Assembly (NCBI GenBank): GCA_951406725.2
Contig: OX597817.1
Coordinates: forward strand, 46,190,001-46,254,000
Source of the DNA: Octopus vulgaris
Taxonomy: Eukaryota
DNA length: 64,000 nt
Reading direction: 5' to 3'
The first letter of the stretch is position 1, and each line of letters opens with the position of its first letter. Shown here in pieces: positions 1 through 14,512 of the stretch. The position numbers and the translations under genes were made by a program. The notes under the pieces were generated by a model. The model made no database searches. It was given only the letters and a program-made list of their open reading frames with translations, and was not told the DNA's origin.

Positions 1-258
1 GCAAGGTTGTTTACGGAAGACCAGCACTTGCCCATAAATACCAGCCTCCCATCTCCACGCCACCGATGTTATCAAAGGGAAAGGGAAAGGCCGATCCAGT
101 TTGGCACCTGTGACACCGCAACTATTTTTACAGCTGAGTGAACTGGAGCAACGTGAAATAAAATGTCTTGCTCAAGAACACAACACGCAACCTGGTCCGG
201 GATTCGAAGTCACAACCTCACGATCGTAAGCTCTAACTACTGAGCCATGGGCCTTCAC
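1..258 (-). mobile_element. tRNA-headed SINE, family D (cut by window edge)
   Basis: Minus strand has a tRNA-like head (ggctcagtagttag...ttcgaatccc) followed by gttgtgttcttgagcaagacattttatttcacgttgctccagttcactcagctg. The same core recurs at 30405-30629. Confidence 0.7.
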
Positions 259-751
259 CATATTTCAATACGGTACACTTTTTGGTATATTAAATTCCAC
301 CGATATGCGCTTTGCCTTTCATCCTTTCGGGATCGATGAAATAAGCACCAGTCATGAAATTGGGTCGATGTGATCGATAAATATCATTCCCCGAATATTC
401 CAGGCCTTGTGCCTATGGTAGAAAAAACTAAGAGTATTCATACTAGTAGATGAACAACCAACAGCGTCCTGCAAGATGCAGACTTGATATGCAAATATAT
501 GTGTGTATGTGCGTGTGTGTGTATGCATGTATACACTTATGTGCATGTATGTACTTATATATGCGAGTGTGTGTACGAAGGTGGTTATATGACAGAATCA
601 TTAGCTGGGCGGTAAAATACTTAGCAATATTTATACCGGTATGTAACGTTCTGAGTTCAAAATTCATCGAGGTCGATTTTGCATGTTATACTTTATGGGT
701 CTATAAAATAATTAGCGATTGAACACTGGGGTCATTGTAGTCAATTCCCTG

Positions 752-978
752 CTTTTATACTTTTACTCTTTTAGTTGTTACAGTCATTTGACTGCGGCCA
801 TGCTAGAGCACCGCCTTTAGTCGAGGAAATCAAACCCAGGACTTACTCTTTGTAAGCCTAGTACTTATTCTGTCGGTCTCTTTTGCCAAACCGCTAGGTT
901 ACGGGGACGCAAACACACCAGCAGCGGTTGTCAAGCGATGTTGGTGGTGACAAACACAGACACACAAACATATACATA

Positions 979-1041
<63 letters not shown>

Positions 1042-1211
1042 TATATACGACGGGCTTCTCCCAGTTTCGGTCTACCAAATCCACTCACAAGGCTTTGGTC
1101 GGCCCGAATCTATAGTAGAAGACATTTGCCCAAGGTGCCATGCAGTGGGACTGAACCCGGAACCATGTTGTTGGTAAGCCAGCTACTTACCATACAGCCA
1201 CTCCTACGCCT
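752..1211 (-). mobile_element. tRNA-headed SINE family A with internal (TA)n/(TG)n tract
   Basis: Head aggcgtaggagtggctgt...ggttccgggttcagtccc (A/B-box-like), internal microsatellite and A-rich (gtaaaa)-type tail. At least 8 near-identical copies in the window. Confidence 0.9.
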
Positions 1212-2350
1212 ATCACAAAAATTACAAAAAAACAAAGATTTTTTCTTTTACTAAAATTTCGAACAATTACGTATATCGGTGTATGCGCATGTGTGTGCAT
1301 GCTCTGTGTGTGTGTGGGGGGGTGCATGAGAGAAAGAGAGAAAAGGACAGAGAGAGAGGGAGAGAAAAGACAGCCACAAACAGACAGACAGTTACATAGT
1401 AGGACAATGGTTGAGGGAAGTGAAGCATTATATTGTTAACATATGGGTGCATGTCGTTAGATTTCTGAGCAGCTAAGTAATTAAAGTAGAGAAAATCTTG
1501 TTTGGATGCGTTGTACCGCAATAAGACACAATGAGATTCTAAATCCTCTCTGGTGTAATAGATAATCGTTACATGATAGCTTTGAGCAAGGAGATTACCG
1601 ATTGGCTGTAATAAGTGATTTAGTGAACAAGCAGAGTGTTTTGTCCTGCCATGTATGGTCATAGAATTAACTGAGGTAAAAGGCAACCCAATTGCTTTGC
1701 GGAAGGTCAAAGAACATTAGTGTGTAATAAGAACCACGAAGAATCGCTCCAGTAAAAGTGGTGGGGATTGAGAATTACAAAAACAGCTCGTTCACTACAT
1801 TACTCTCCATAACTGTTGAAATGTTTCGAAATGAATCACATATTCTCATATTCTTTTATTCCTATATTCATATGGTCTAAGTCAGCAAGAGATTTTTAGG
1901 ATTTCAGTGGACATGAAAACTTAAGCAATCACGTACAAGTGCCGAGGAGCAAGAGATTTTGTTCATAAAAAGAACTCAGAGATGAACGAAATAACAGGTT
2001 GGAGAGAATGGTTTGGAATAATACCGCTAAAGTCAATTGTTAACTTATAAAGAATAGATGTTGACGACCATAATTTTGTGTGTAAGTTTGAAATTTATAT
2101 GTTTATCAACCTACTGTAATTTGTGATGTGGTTATTGTTTACAACAGAACATGTGCAACCTTTGGAAAGGTGTGCTTTTCAGTTGGAGGATCAAAAAGGC
2201 ATATGAAAAGAATTCATACTGTGGCACTTGTTCCCTCTGCCAGCCAATACAGATGTGTATTATACAATAGAATGTGCAAATCTTTGACCAGATCAAGAGT
2301 CATGCAAGGGCCTCACATTCCATGGCTTTGCTCTTTTACGAGAAAGTAGC

Positions 2351-2446
<96 letters not shown>

Positions 2447-2550
2447 CGGAGTAAGCACATAAATGCAAGACAAGATGGAAGAAATAGTACTCGAATACCA
2501 GAGGTAGAGTAATATGCTTTGTTAAAGAGCTGCAGAAATATCGAAATATC

Positions 2551-2603
2551 ACATAAACTGTTAATCAGAGTTTCACGTTCCCGTTCTTCGGACAGTTTTA
2601 TGT
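2551..2603 (-). ncRNA. Type I hammerhead-like motif, CCGAAGA core variant
   Basis: Minus: acataaaactgt-CCGAAGA-acg ggaa cgt-GAAA-ctctgatt-a-acagtttatgt. Stems I and II pair; stem III is imperfect. Confidence 0.55.
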
Positions 2604-2849
2604 AAAATCTTAAACATAACTGTTACATTTAAGATCCTTCCTTTCCTTCTTCTTCCCCCTCCCTGCGTTTTAAAATTTACTTCTCATCTGACTTGTCTGT
2701 TATAACTTCTATATGTATACACCAAGTGATTTTCGCATGCAGGCATAATTGCGTACATATATGTACATGTGTATATGTGCGTATATTTATGTCTTACATA
2801 TATATGTGTGTATATATGTAGTCTGTGTACATCCACCTCTCTTTCTATC

Positions 2850-3241
2850 TCTTTCTGTTTTTACTTGTTTCAGTCATTTTGACTGCGGCCATGCTGGTGC
2901 ACCGCCTTTAATCGAGCAACTCGACCCCAGGACTTATTCTTTGTAATTCCAGTCTCTTTTGCTGAACCGCTAAGTGACGGGGACATAAACACACCACCAT
3001 CGGTTGTCAAGCAATGCAAGGGGGACAAACACAGACACACAAACATACACGCACATACATATATATACATATATATACGACGGGCTTCTTTCAGTTTCCG
3101 TCTACCAAATCCACGCACAAGGCTTTGGTTGGCCCGAGGCTACAGTACAAGACACCTGTCCAAGGTGCCACGCAGTGGGACTGAACCCGGAACCATGTGG
3201 TTGGTAAGCAAGCTACTTATCACACAGCCACTCCTGCGCCT
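2850..3241 (-). mobile_element. SINE family A
   Basis: Colinear with 752-1211. Confidence 0.9.
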
Positions 3242-3499
3242 ATGTATTTTGATGTATATATGTATATTATAGATGGTCTAGTATGCGTATATACTGTTGT
3301 AAAATATTTATGAAATGCAGCGTGAAAATTTTAATTTTAATTTTAATGTATAAATTGAATTATATTTCGTATATAATTAATTCCAATATGTATTTCGAAT
3401 CCACTGTTCGACTTAAGGTTTTCCTCGATTTTTATAATAGAATGTATTTATATTGGATTTATTTTTTTTTTATTTTGTTCATTACATAGTTAATATCTG

Positions 3500-3730
3500 T
3501 TTCTTTATTGCACACAAGGGGCTAAACATAGAAGGGACAGACAAGGACAGACAAAAGGATTAAGTCGATTATATCGACCCAAGTGCGTAACTGGTACTTA
3601 GTTTATTGTCCCCGAATGGATGAAAGGCAAAGTCGACCCCGGCGGAATTTGAACTCAGAACGTAAAGGCAGACGAAATACGGCTACGCATTTCGCCCGGT
3701 GTGCTAACGGTTCTGCCAGCTCGCTCCCTT
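3500..3730 (-). mobile_element. SINE family B, monomer
   Basis: Head gcgagctggcagaaccgttagc...gagttcaaattcc, core gcctttcatcc..tcgggg....taa..taagtaccag (resembles Nin/Deu-type SINE central domain). Imperfect flanking direct repeat att.cata.ttaatatc. Confidence 0.88.
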
Positions 3731-3840
3731 ATTGCATACTTAATATCGTTTGAAAGGACAAATGAAACAAATCCATTTTTAAAGGTGTATTCTTTAACTA
3801 GTTTTGATCATATCGTTTTTTCTATTTCTGATGTATTTTA

Positions 3841-3891
3841 ACAAAACTGTCCGACAAACGGGAACATGAAACTCTGATTAACAGCTTTTGT
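3841..3891 (+). ncRNA. Degenerate hammerhead-like motif homologous to 2551-2603
   Basis: acaaaactgt-ccgacaa-acg ggaa cat-gaaa-ctctgatt-a-acagcttttgt. Core G8 is lost and stem II is mismatched. Confidence 0.45.
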
Positions 3892-4001
3892 TATATGTCT
3901 GCTGCTTTCAAATAAAGTACACACACACATACACACACACACATACACACACACACATACACACACACACACATATACATATATATGCATATAGATAGGT
4001 T

Positions 4002-4002
<1 letters not shown>

Positions 4003-4096
<94 letters not shown>
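4003..4096. repeat. (ATAG)n microsatellite
   Basis: Directly visible perfect tetranucleotide run. Confidence 0.98.
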
Positions 4097-4860
4097 GAAT
4101 TATACACGTATATGCCTCCCTGTATATATATATATATATGTGGGTGCACGGCCAATTTTATGCACATGTATGTACATGTCTGTGTCTGTATCCTTATTTA
4201 TTAGGTTTATCTCGGTTGTTTGTTCTTCCGTCTATAAAAATTTTAGCGTCACGCAATTGTTTTCTAATATGGTAGAGCGAAAGAACATAAAAATATATGC
4301 TTATATTTATTACATGGACTTGTCAGAAGAAGCGATAATAAGCGGAACGTACGACCAAACCGAATGATATTTTGTCGTTAAAACATAAAAATGTCTTATC
4401 ACTAATTCGTTGTGTATGCCAGAATGTTTAAACACTTTTTATTATCTGTTTACCTTGTCTGCTCATCTGCTGTTACAGCGACATATTCTTTTGTTTATAG
4501 TTCGTCAACAATGTTTTTTTTTTGTTATTTGTGTATATATCACGTGTGATGGTGCAGGTGATTTTTTATATGTGTTTGTGTGTTTGTGTGTGTGTGTTTG
4601 AACGTGGGGGTGTATAGGTGTAAAACTACATTTGTTGTTATTTTCTAAAAAGAATTATTCATACGTAAACCAAATTATAGAAGACTGAAAATAGAACAAA
4701 CGCGTATACACATAAATAATTTGCACGCAAACATATGCATGCAGAGAGAGAGAGAGGGTGTGCGAGACAGGGTGGTCATACACACACACACACACACATA
4801 CACATACACACACAGACGTGTATTAATACATATACAGGTAGGCATTCTAGACAACACATA

Positions 4861-5000
4861 TACGAGAGGTTGCTGAAAATTTCTTGGCTTTAAGGGTGAC
4901 GCGAAAGGCCTAGTTGGAGACCCAACCTTCAGAGCATTTACAGGGCTTGGAAAAACAGAAGGGCCGCTGCAATATGTGCGTCAATCTGGAAAGAGTACAT
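4861..5000 (+). mobile_element. Possible mariner-like terminal remnant
   Basis: Starts tacgagaggttgctgaaaatttc, resembling TA+CGAGGG mariner TIR starts. No partner TIR found nearby. Confidence 0.35.
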
Positions 5001-5002
5001 CT

Positions 5003-5424
5003 CTTTCTCTCTCTTTCTCTTTTACTTGTTTCAGTCATTTGACTCTGGTCATGCCGGAGCACCGCCTTTAGTCGAGCACATCGACCCCATGACTTAGTCT
5101 TTGTAATCCTAGTACTTATTCTACCGGCCTCTTTTGCCGAACCGCTAAGTTACGGGGACGCAAACACACCAGAATCGGTTGGCAAATGATGTTATGGGGA
5201 CAAACACAGACACACAAACATATTCACACCCACATATATATATATATATATATATATATACGACGGGCTTCTTTTAGTTTCCGTCTATCAAATCCACTCA
5301 CCTGGCTTTGATTGGCCCGAGGCTATAGTAGAAGACACTAGCCCAAGGTGCCAGGCAGTGGAACTGAATCCGGAACCATGTAGTTAGTAAGCAAGCTATT
5401 TACCACACAGCCACTCCTACGCCT
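5003..5424 (-). mobile_element. SINE family A
   Basis: Colinear with 752-1211. Confidence 0.9.
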
Positions 5425-6595
5425 ACATGTTGAATAAAATCATGATTAACCGAACCTTCTGTATTTTCTTTAACCCAAAACCAGGAACTTTTCAATGGCC
5501 CCTCGTATATCTAGAATGTGACAGATTTCATCACAAATCCGACGAATGCGTGGTGGATAGTAATGAGATAGGCACGCAAAATCATTTGTGGCGTGTGAAC
5601 GTTTATATAATGGATTTTTTCAATGATATAGCAATAATTACGAATGTGGTTTTGTTCACCTTAGAATCGAAACTAAACCACATGATCTTCTTTGATAGAA
5701 AACTACGATAATAGCAGCAGGGATAAAATATAATATAATTAAAAGCAATAGTAACAGGGGTAATTTTGTTTTGTACCAACACATAAAGATGTGTTTGGTG
5801 GAGGTTTTGGTAGAAGAGTGGGTTGGGTCATCATGTTTTTTTCTCATATAAGAGGAATAATCTAACAAAAATAAGAAGGGAAAGAAAACAGAAAACACAA
5901 GAACAAAAACATGCGAGAAAAGAAGATCAGACACATGGAAAGGAAGAAATAGAAGAAAGAGACAGAAAGAACGAATGTAACTAAGGCGAAGAACAACACA
6001 AAGAGAGCAAAAGGCAAAACGAAATGTAAGGAAAAGAATGAGAGATGTGATGAAAACGAGAAGCGAGCAATGGAGACAGGATTGAGGGAGGCTAAGGCGA
6101 ACATAAAATGATGTGATGGGGAATAAATTTGAAGATACAAGTTAAGAAACTTCGCTATGTATGCTTTATGGGCAAGTATATAAACATGTTGTTGGCATTG
6201 ATTGATAGATAGGATATAACTGTTTAGTCAGAGACCAAGAGAATACCTGTCAAACTAAGCAATTCCCTGGAAAATACATGAAATCTTCTGTAGAAATTAT
6301 GTATTAAAAAAGATTCATAAAATCACAACGGTAAAATAACGAGTTATTTTTAATAGTCTATTTACTCTTATGCGTTCCTCTTTCAGTCCAGTTCTGTCAA
6401 GATCTTTCTCATGTTTACTCACAAATACTGCACAAACACACACACACACACGCGCGCGTAAATTAATATATATATATGCGTATGTACATATATATAGACA
6501 TAATACACACTTGCATATTTACGTATATATATGTATGTGTGTATATGTATGAATACATACATACATATATATCTATCTATCTATATATATATATA

Positions 6596-6649
<54 letters not shown>

Positions 6650-7419
6650 AATATATATATGCGTATATATATATTTATATATATGTGCGTATGAAATAGG
6701 GATGTATCAATATATATATAAGTATGTATATATGTATGTATACATATATGTGTATCATATATATTCATATATATGAGTGTACGTATAAAATATGAATGTA
6801 TCAATATATACATGTACATATCGTATGTGCCTGTGTATCTATATATGTTCATATCTATGTGTAGAGAAAGAGAGAGACAGACAGACTGACAGAGGGGATG
6901 AATGCTAAAGAAGGAAACATGATGATGATAATGATGAACAAATACAACAACTGCAATAAGAGAAATAATCATGGCTGATGCAAAATACATGAAGCCAAAA
7001 CACAACACGCACGAACACACGCGCACAGAAACACATCCACACATATATACGCATGTATATATGTGTGTATGTATGAATGCATGCATGTATGCATATATAC
7101 ATACAGACACACAGTACCTGTCTACGTTCTTGAATCTCTCTGCATAGTTTTTTTTTTATTGACGTGCAAATTTCTTTTTTCATCTCGTTCAACAATTTAT
7201 TCCTCTCACAAAACCTTTCTGCACTCCCTTCCCGCAGTCTCTATCTCATTCTGCTTACACACACTTATATAACCATGCATGCATATGTGAGTGTGTATGT
7301 ATGTGTGTGTGTGTCTGTGTGTGCCTGTCTCTCTGTGTTTGTCTCTGTCTGTGTGGACATATGGATGTAGATATCTATGTATCAATGTATACATACAAAT
7401 AAAAGCGTCTTCACTTCCC

Positions 7420-7895
7420 CCATTCGACACATGCAAGAAAAATCCGGCTGAATTTTTTGATATTGCGGCTCTAAAAAACATTGAGGAAACAGATGCAAAA
7501 GCGGCCATAGATGAAATGAGCTCATGTTCGGCCACTGGTCCTGATGGCTTCCCAGCTATTCTCCTAAAGTCATGTAAGCAGACTTTAGCGAAACCACTTC
7601 AGATAATTTTCCCAAAGTTCCTTGCAAGCGGTATGCTCCCTAAAAAGTTAAAAGAAGACATTATATGCCCTTTCCACAAAGGTGGAAGCAGACCAGAGAC
7701 CAAAAACTACAGGCCAATCTCTCTGACTTCGCATATCATAAAGTCATAGAGTGAAGCAACAAAAAGAAGTTCCCAAAAGAAAATGACCTACTGAACAATA
7801 CGCAGCATGGCTTCCGTCCAGGAAGGAGCTGCCTTACATAGCGCCTACAGCACTATGACTGGATTCTGAAAGAGCTGCTTCACCATTCAGATGTT
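7420..7895 (+). pseudogene. CR1/L2-group LINE ORF2 fragment (N-terminal RT region), disrupted
   Basis: SATGPDGFPAILLK, PFHKGGSR, NYRPISLTSHIIK, then QHGFRPGRSCLT* downstream. Contains stops and runs into the gap. Confidence 0.88.
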
Positions 7896-7908
7896 AGTCA
7901 GTGAGATA

Positions 7909-8008
7909 NNNNNNNNNNNNNNNNNNNNNNNNNNNNNNNNNNNNNNNNNNNNNNNNNNNNNNNNNNNNNNNNNNNNNNNNNNNNNNNNNNNNNNNNNNNN
8001 NNNNNNNN
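7909..8008. other. Assembly gap (100 N)
   Basis: Run of n. Confidence 1.
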
Positions 8009-8118
8009 TGATCTTGCTACACTTATTGTGCCCTTGCTTTTCTCAAATGTGAAATCTGACGTTTCATTGACATTCTAGATTGTTTTAGGTAGTTTGGTTG
8101 TCTTTATATATATATATA

Positions 8119-8615
8119 CTAGCAGTATCGCCCGGCGTTGCTCGGGTTTGTAAGGGAAATAACTATATAAGCATTTTTAGAGAGTTACTTCCCTTATAGA
8201 TGCCAATCCGGGCTTTCTTAGCCATTTCTGTTTTGGTGTCTTCAAGCCATGAAGTCGTTGTTCTAAAAGAACGCTGGTCTCCTTGACAACGCTTTACGAC
8301 GTTGATTTCCTTACACTCCATTCCCCAAAGCTTCACGAGGGAGGGAAGAAGGGGGAGAAGCAAACAGGTGCAGGTGTGACCATGGACGCCAACTCCGCCG
8401 CCATCGACACACGAAAAATTATGCATTAAAATGGAATAAAAAATGATGTTAAATTATTTTTAAAATCGTAGACTCATCGTAGACGCGCGCTAATACTCAG
8501 ACGGGCTCGATATGAATCACGACTATAAGATACCCGAATTTGGTTAAACTGCACCGCAAAATCTGGGAGTAGTTAGGAATCTAAATCGAAGGGGACAGAC
8601 ACTCACACAACTACA

Positions 8616-8622
<7 letters not shown>
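8119..8622 (-). mobile_element. Non-autonomous Helitron-like element in a (TA)n tract
   Basis: Minus-strand 3' end has hairpin cccg-agcaacgc-cggg, 8 nt, then CTAG|T. The other end merges into (TA)n. Confidence 0.7.
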
Positions 8623-8671
<49 letters not shown>

Positions 8672-9612
8672 TTCCCCACTGAGGATGGACAGTTTTCAGT
8701 ACCCATTCTCCGATGTGTTTTTCTATATTAGAAAGGAAATGGGAGGGTAGATAGAGCCTAGTTGACGCACATGTTTAATTTGATGTTGCTGCTCTTCAGT
8801 AGGAAATCCCATCTTTAGAGATTTCCGTTTCGCTGCTTTGATATTGATTATAGTTTTTGCTGCTAATGCTGATCGTTTTACCTACTGCTACACTTCATGT
8901 TGCTACACCTGATGCTGGTATTATTATAGTTACTGTTGATAATGTTAGCAACAAATTAATTTTCACTCCCCTTGCCTAAGGACAGAAAACTCTTTGGTTG
9001 ATACTACAGCGTATCTAACACTTAGGCCTTCTACCATGACACTGATACATACATCTATACTTGTTTTACTTGTGATTAGTTCTTACAGAGAGTTAATCTC
9101 AAGTTAACAACGCCTCTAATCTCCTCTGGACTTGTGGTGACGTCCCTCATTCAAATTCAGGTCTAGATTAAAGAATATAATCTTCGTCATTCTTCACCCA
9201 TCGCAGCACAGCAGTGATAAATACTCTTCCCACTTAGGCATCCACCGAACATCAAGCACCGTTCCATACATTTTTTTATTTCGTTTTGCATTCGTGTTGT
9301 ATTGAGCTTTAGGTATCATTCATACTTTCTTCAACATGCATTGAGGTGGAATTTTCAAACGTCTTGTCTTTCTGTCTTTGTGTCTGCAATTTAGGGTCTT
9401 TATCCTTATGGTTCCGATTTCTACAACTGGCTCCATGCCCTGAATGGGTCACACTACACACTAATTGAGATTGTGCTAACCTCTGATTCGTCACAAAACA
9501 AATGTTACACCCACATATCTTTGCGGTAGCAAATGACTTATCATCAATTTCGAGAGGGAATTGGTTGATACTATCTACCACAGTACGTGAATGGGACTTT
9601 ATTTATCGATAC

Positions 9613-10030
9613 CTATTTCTTTACTACCCACAAGGAGCTAATCACACAGAGGACAAACAAGGACAGACAAACGGATAAAATTCGATTATATCTACTCCAG
9701 TGCGTAACTGGTACTTAATTTATCGACCCTGAAAGGATGAAAGGCAAAGTCGACCTCGGCGGAATTTGAACTCAGAACGTAATGGCAGACGAAACACTTA
9801 TTTCTTTACTACCCACAAGGGGTTAAACACAGAGAGGGCAAACAAGGTCAGACAAACAGTATAAGTCGATTATATCGACCCCAGTGCGTAACTGGTCCTT
9901 AATTTATTGACCCCGAAAGAATGAAAGGCAAAGTCGACCTCGGCGGAATTTGAACTCAGAACGTAACGGCAGATGAAATACCACTAAGCATTTCTCCTGG
10001 CGTGCAAATGATTTTACCAGCTCGCCGCCT
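9613..10030 (-). mobile_element. SINE family B, head plus 2 tandem ~185-bp units
   Basis: Two consecutive body units and one head; tatcgatacc on both flanks. Confidence 0.88.
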
Positions 10031-10639
10031 TTATTTGTATATCGATACCAAAATGAGGAAAGGTGACAGTTGACCTTGGCTCATTGGAATTTAGTGCGGG
10101 AAGAATTGGAACAAACATCGCACAGCACTTTTGCAACACGCTAATGATTCTTCCAGCTTTGAGACAATTTTTATTAAGAAGGGAAATGCGAATTGATCGA
10201 TGGATTTAACTCGGCAGGCGGTTACCTTCATCTATCAATGTATGTCTGAATGAAATGAAGTAACTATCGAAATATAAACATCTTCACACTGTGATATCCA
10301 GTGAGAAAGATCTGAAAGTAAACAATTCCAATGATAAAATGTGCCTTGAAAATCATCAAAAAAGATGCGGTGACATATATAACAATGATCTCATGATTTA
10401 TACATATAGGCAAATTAGAGAAAATGCTACCGCTGGTAACTGCACACATATTAAATATGCGCGAAATAACACGTTACAGTATTGTAATGCAACAGAAATC
10501 ACTGAAAAAAGAAAGCAGTGTGTGTAGCCAAGCAAGACAAAGCTACGCTCTGCCGGACATTGAAATGATACAATAAAAATAAGGTTCCTGAAACAACAAC
10601 AATTGCCACAACAAGAACAAAGACAGTATTAAGAATAAA

Positions 10640-10975
<336 letters not shown>

Positions 10976-11259
10976 ATAATCAAAATAATGATAATATTTA
11001 CTAGTGCATATAGAGTAAATGAGACCGAATGGAAGGACGTGAGACAATCGCAAGCACATGCATATACACAGACATATACATATACACTTATGTTTGTGTG
11101 CACGTTCGTGTATGTCAGTCTGTAATTGTGGTGGGGAGGCCTGCACGTGTATTTTAGGTGAGACTGTTCAGAGAATAGATAACAAAGTATGTGAAATACA
11201 GCGTCGGCATACTCTCATGGACAGAGGAAAGCAGATTCGGTTGATACACACAAATATAT

Positions 11260-11675
11260 ATTTCTTTACTGACCACAAGGGGCTAAACATAGAGGGGACA
11301 AGCAAGGACAGACAAAGGGATTAAGTCGATTACATCGACCCCGAAAGGATGAAAGTCAAAGTTGACCTCGGCGGAAATTGAACTCAGAACGTGACGGTAG
11401 ACGAAATACCGCTAAGCATTTCGCCCGGTGCGCTAACGTTTCTTATTTCTTTATTGCCCACAAGGGGCTAAACATAGAGGGGACAAACAAGGACAGACAA
11501 AGAGTTTAAGTCGATTAGATCGATCCCAGTGCGTAACTGGTACTTAATTTATCGACCCCGAAAGGATGAAAGGCAAAGTTGACGTCGGCGGAATTTGAAC
11601 TCAGAACGTAACGACAGACGAAATACCGCTAAGAATTTCGCCCGGTGCGCTAACGTTTCTACCAGCTCGCCGCCT
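11260..11675 (-). mobile_element. SINE family B, dimer
   Basis: Two units; flanking direct repeat atacacacaaatata. Confidence 0.88.
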
Positions 11676-11739
11676 CAATACACACAAATATAGATAAACA
11701 AATGGACAGGGAAAGAAAGAGAAGGGTAGAGGTGAAAGT

Positions 11740-11791
<52 letters not shown>

Positions 11792-12449
11792 AGAAAAGGT
11801 GACCGAATTGACCATCTTTATTGAAAAAAAATATATGGAACTGAAATGTTCCAGCGCCATGTTGGGAAATGGCGAATCACAATTCGCAAAACATTGAATT
11901 AAGATATTAAAATAGTAGTTTCAAATTTATTTATTTAATTTTGGAGTGACTAATTTGAATTGAATTTCTAATTGATAATTTTATTTGAATTAATCACTGA
12001 AAACTAGTGTCAAATTAATTAAGCAATACATATTCTTCTCCAATTATAATGAAGGCGTTAAAACTATTCTTAAATGAGTGTATATATAGAGGGTGTTCTT
12101 CCTGTTAATCTTGGCAAAGCACGTTTCATTCTCAACATGGAATATATCGACATCTGAGGCAAATGTAAACCACATCCTACATAACAGTTTCAGCTATTTT
12201 CCTGATGTTTTTTCACGTCATCTTAGAAGGTTCAGGCGTTTCTCTTGCTTCGCTAATCTGATTATGTAATATACACTGACATATCTACGAACACTGACGC
12301 AGATGATATGCTACTGGTTGCAACGAACAGAAATAATACAAGAGAAACATGTGGAGATAAGTGCTTGCCTGTCTCGCTGACTAGCTCTCATGTTTCTCGC
12401 GTTTTCTCACTTTCATCGCTTCTTTATTTCCCTCTTTCTACAAACACAC

Positions 12450-12470
12450 GCATACATACACATACGATAT

Positions 12471-12524
<54 letters not shown>

Positions 12525-12561
12525 CTACATCTGTGTGTATATATATATATATTTGTGTGTG

Positions 12562-12637
<76 letters not shown>

Positions 12638-12763
12638 AACACATACATATATATATACATACATATATATATATATGTGCACATATATATGCAATACCTG
12701 TGTGAAATAGACTGGCTGAAGGAAATTCAAATATACCCAATCTTACTCGCTTTAGAATGCGTA

Positions 12764-12822
<59 letters not shown>

Positions 12823-12942
12823 ATACGTATACACAAATGTGTGTCTACACACACACATACATATATATATATATACAATTATATATGTGTGTGTATGTGC
12901 GTGAGTGTGTGCGTGCTTGTACACAAACATATATCTATATAT

Positions 12943-13018
<76 letters not shown>

Positions 13019-13090
13019 ATGTATATGTATATATTTAGATATATATACACACACACAAATATACACATACATATAGTACATATATAGTTG
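12450..13090. repeat. Compound (TA)n/(CA)n microsatellite field
   Basis: Directly visible. Confidence 0.95.
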
Positions 13091-13766
13091 GTGGTGTATG
13101 GGTGCATATAAGGATATTACACACTTTATATGAATATATGTACGCATACACACACACAAATTTGTGTAGATATGTGCTCCTGTCAATGTGTATGTTTATA
13201 TTTGGGAAAAGTGTCTCTATTTATGTATGTATATATGCATTTATTATATTTACAGATACATATGTATTAGAGAAAAAACAACGAAATATAGATTCATAGA
13301 TATATTTCTAATTAACTTTATCTCATATTGCTTTTTCTCCACCACATTGGAGGTCTTTTATTTATTTATTTATTTATTTATGTGTTTATTTATTTTCTCT
13401 TGTCTTTTGTTATTCTCTTCCCATTTCGTTACTATGGGTGAGATTCAAAACAAGTAAACCAACCAGATACGCAACTTGTGAAGATTACTTTTACCAGTCA
13501 GATATATAGTAAACGAAAGAAAGGTAGCAGAAGAACAAACAAACAAAAAAACAGATCCAATAACTATAAAAGAAAGGAGAAATAATAAAAATAATAATAA
13601 TAATATTAAAACAATAGCATTATAACACCGTTGCATTCTGGTTATATCTTCACTTGCGCTCTGTCTAGGAATGATGACACGCCAACTGATGAAATGATTT
13701 GAAATATATACTCATAATAATCATTTCTAACACTGGTGCTATGCCTTATATAATACATACGATCAC

Positions 13767-13767
<1 letters not shown>

Positions 13768-13813
<46 letters not shown>

Positions 13814-13980
13814 TAATAATAATGATACTAATAATAATAATCGTAGTAGTAATAGTAATAGTAATAATAATAATAATGATAATAATGATAATAATAATAA
13901 GAAGAAGAAGAAGAAGGAGAAGAATGATACTAATAATAATAATGGTAGTAGTAATAGTAATAGTAATAATAATAATAATG

Positions 13981-14025
<45 letters not shown>

Positions 14026-14081
14026 CTAATAATAATAATGATAATGATAATAGTAATATCATTATAGTAATAATAATGATA

Positions 14082-14128
<47 letters not shown>

Positions 14129-14176
14129 AGTAATAATAATAATGATAATGATAATAATAATATTAATAATAGTAAA

Positions 14177-14229
<53 letters not shown>

Positions 14230-14237
14230 TAACGATA

Positions 14238-14283
<46 letters not shown>

Positions 14284-14295
14284 TAACGATAATAG

Positions 14296-14329
<34 letters not shown>

Positions 14330-14331
14330 AG

Positions 14332-14362
<31 letters not shown>

Positions 14363-14441
14363 AGTAATAATAATAATTATAATAATAATAATTACAATAA
14401 AAATAATAATGATAATGATAATGATAATAGTAATAATAATG

Positions 14442-14511
<70 letters not shown>

Positions 14512-14512
14512 T
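13768..14512. repeat. ~750-bp (TAA)n field with TGA/TAG variants
   Basis: Directly visible. Confidence 0.97.
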
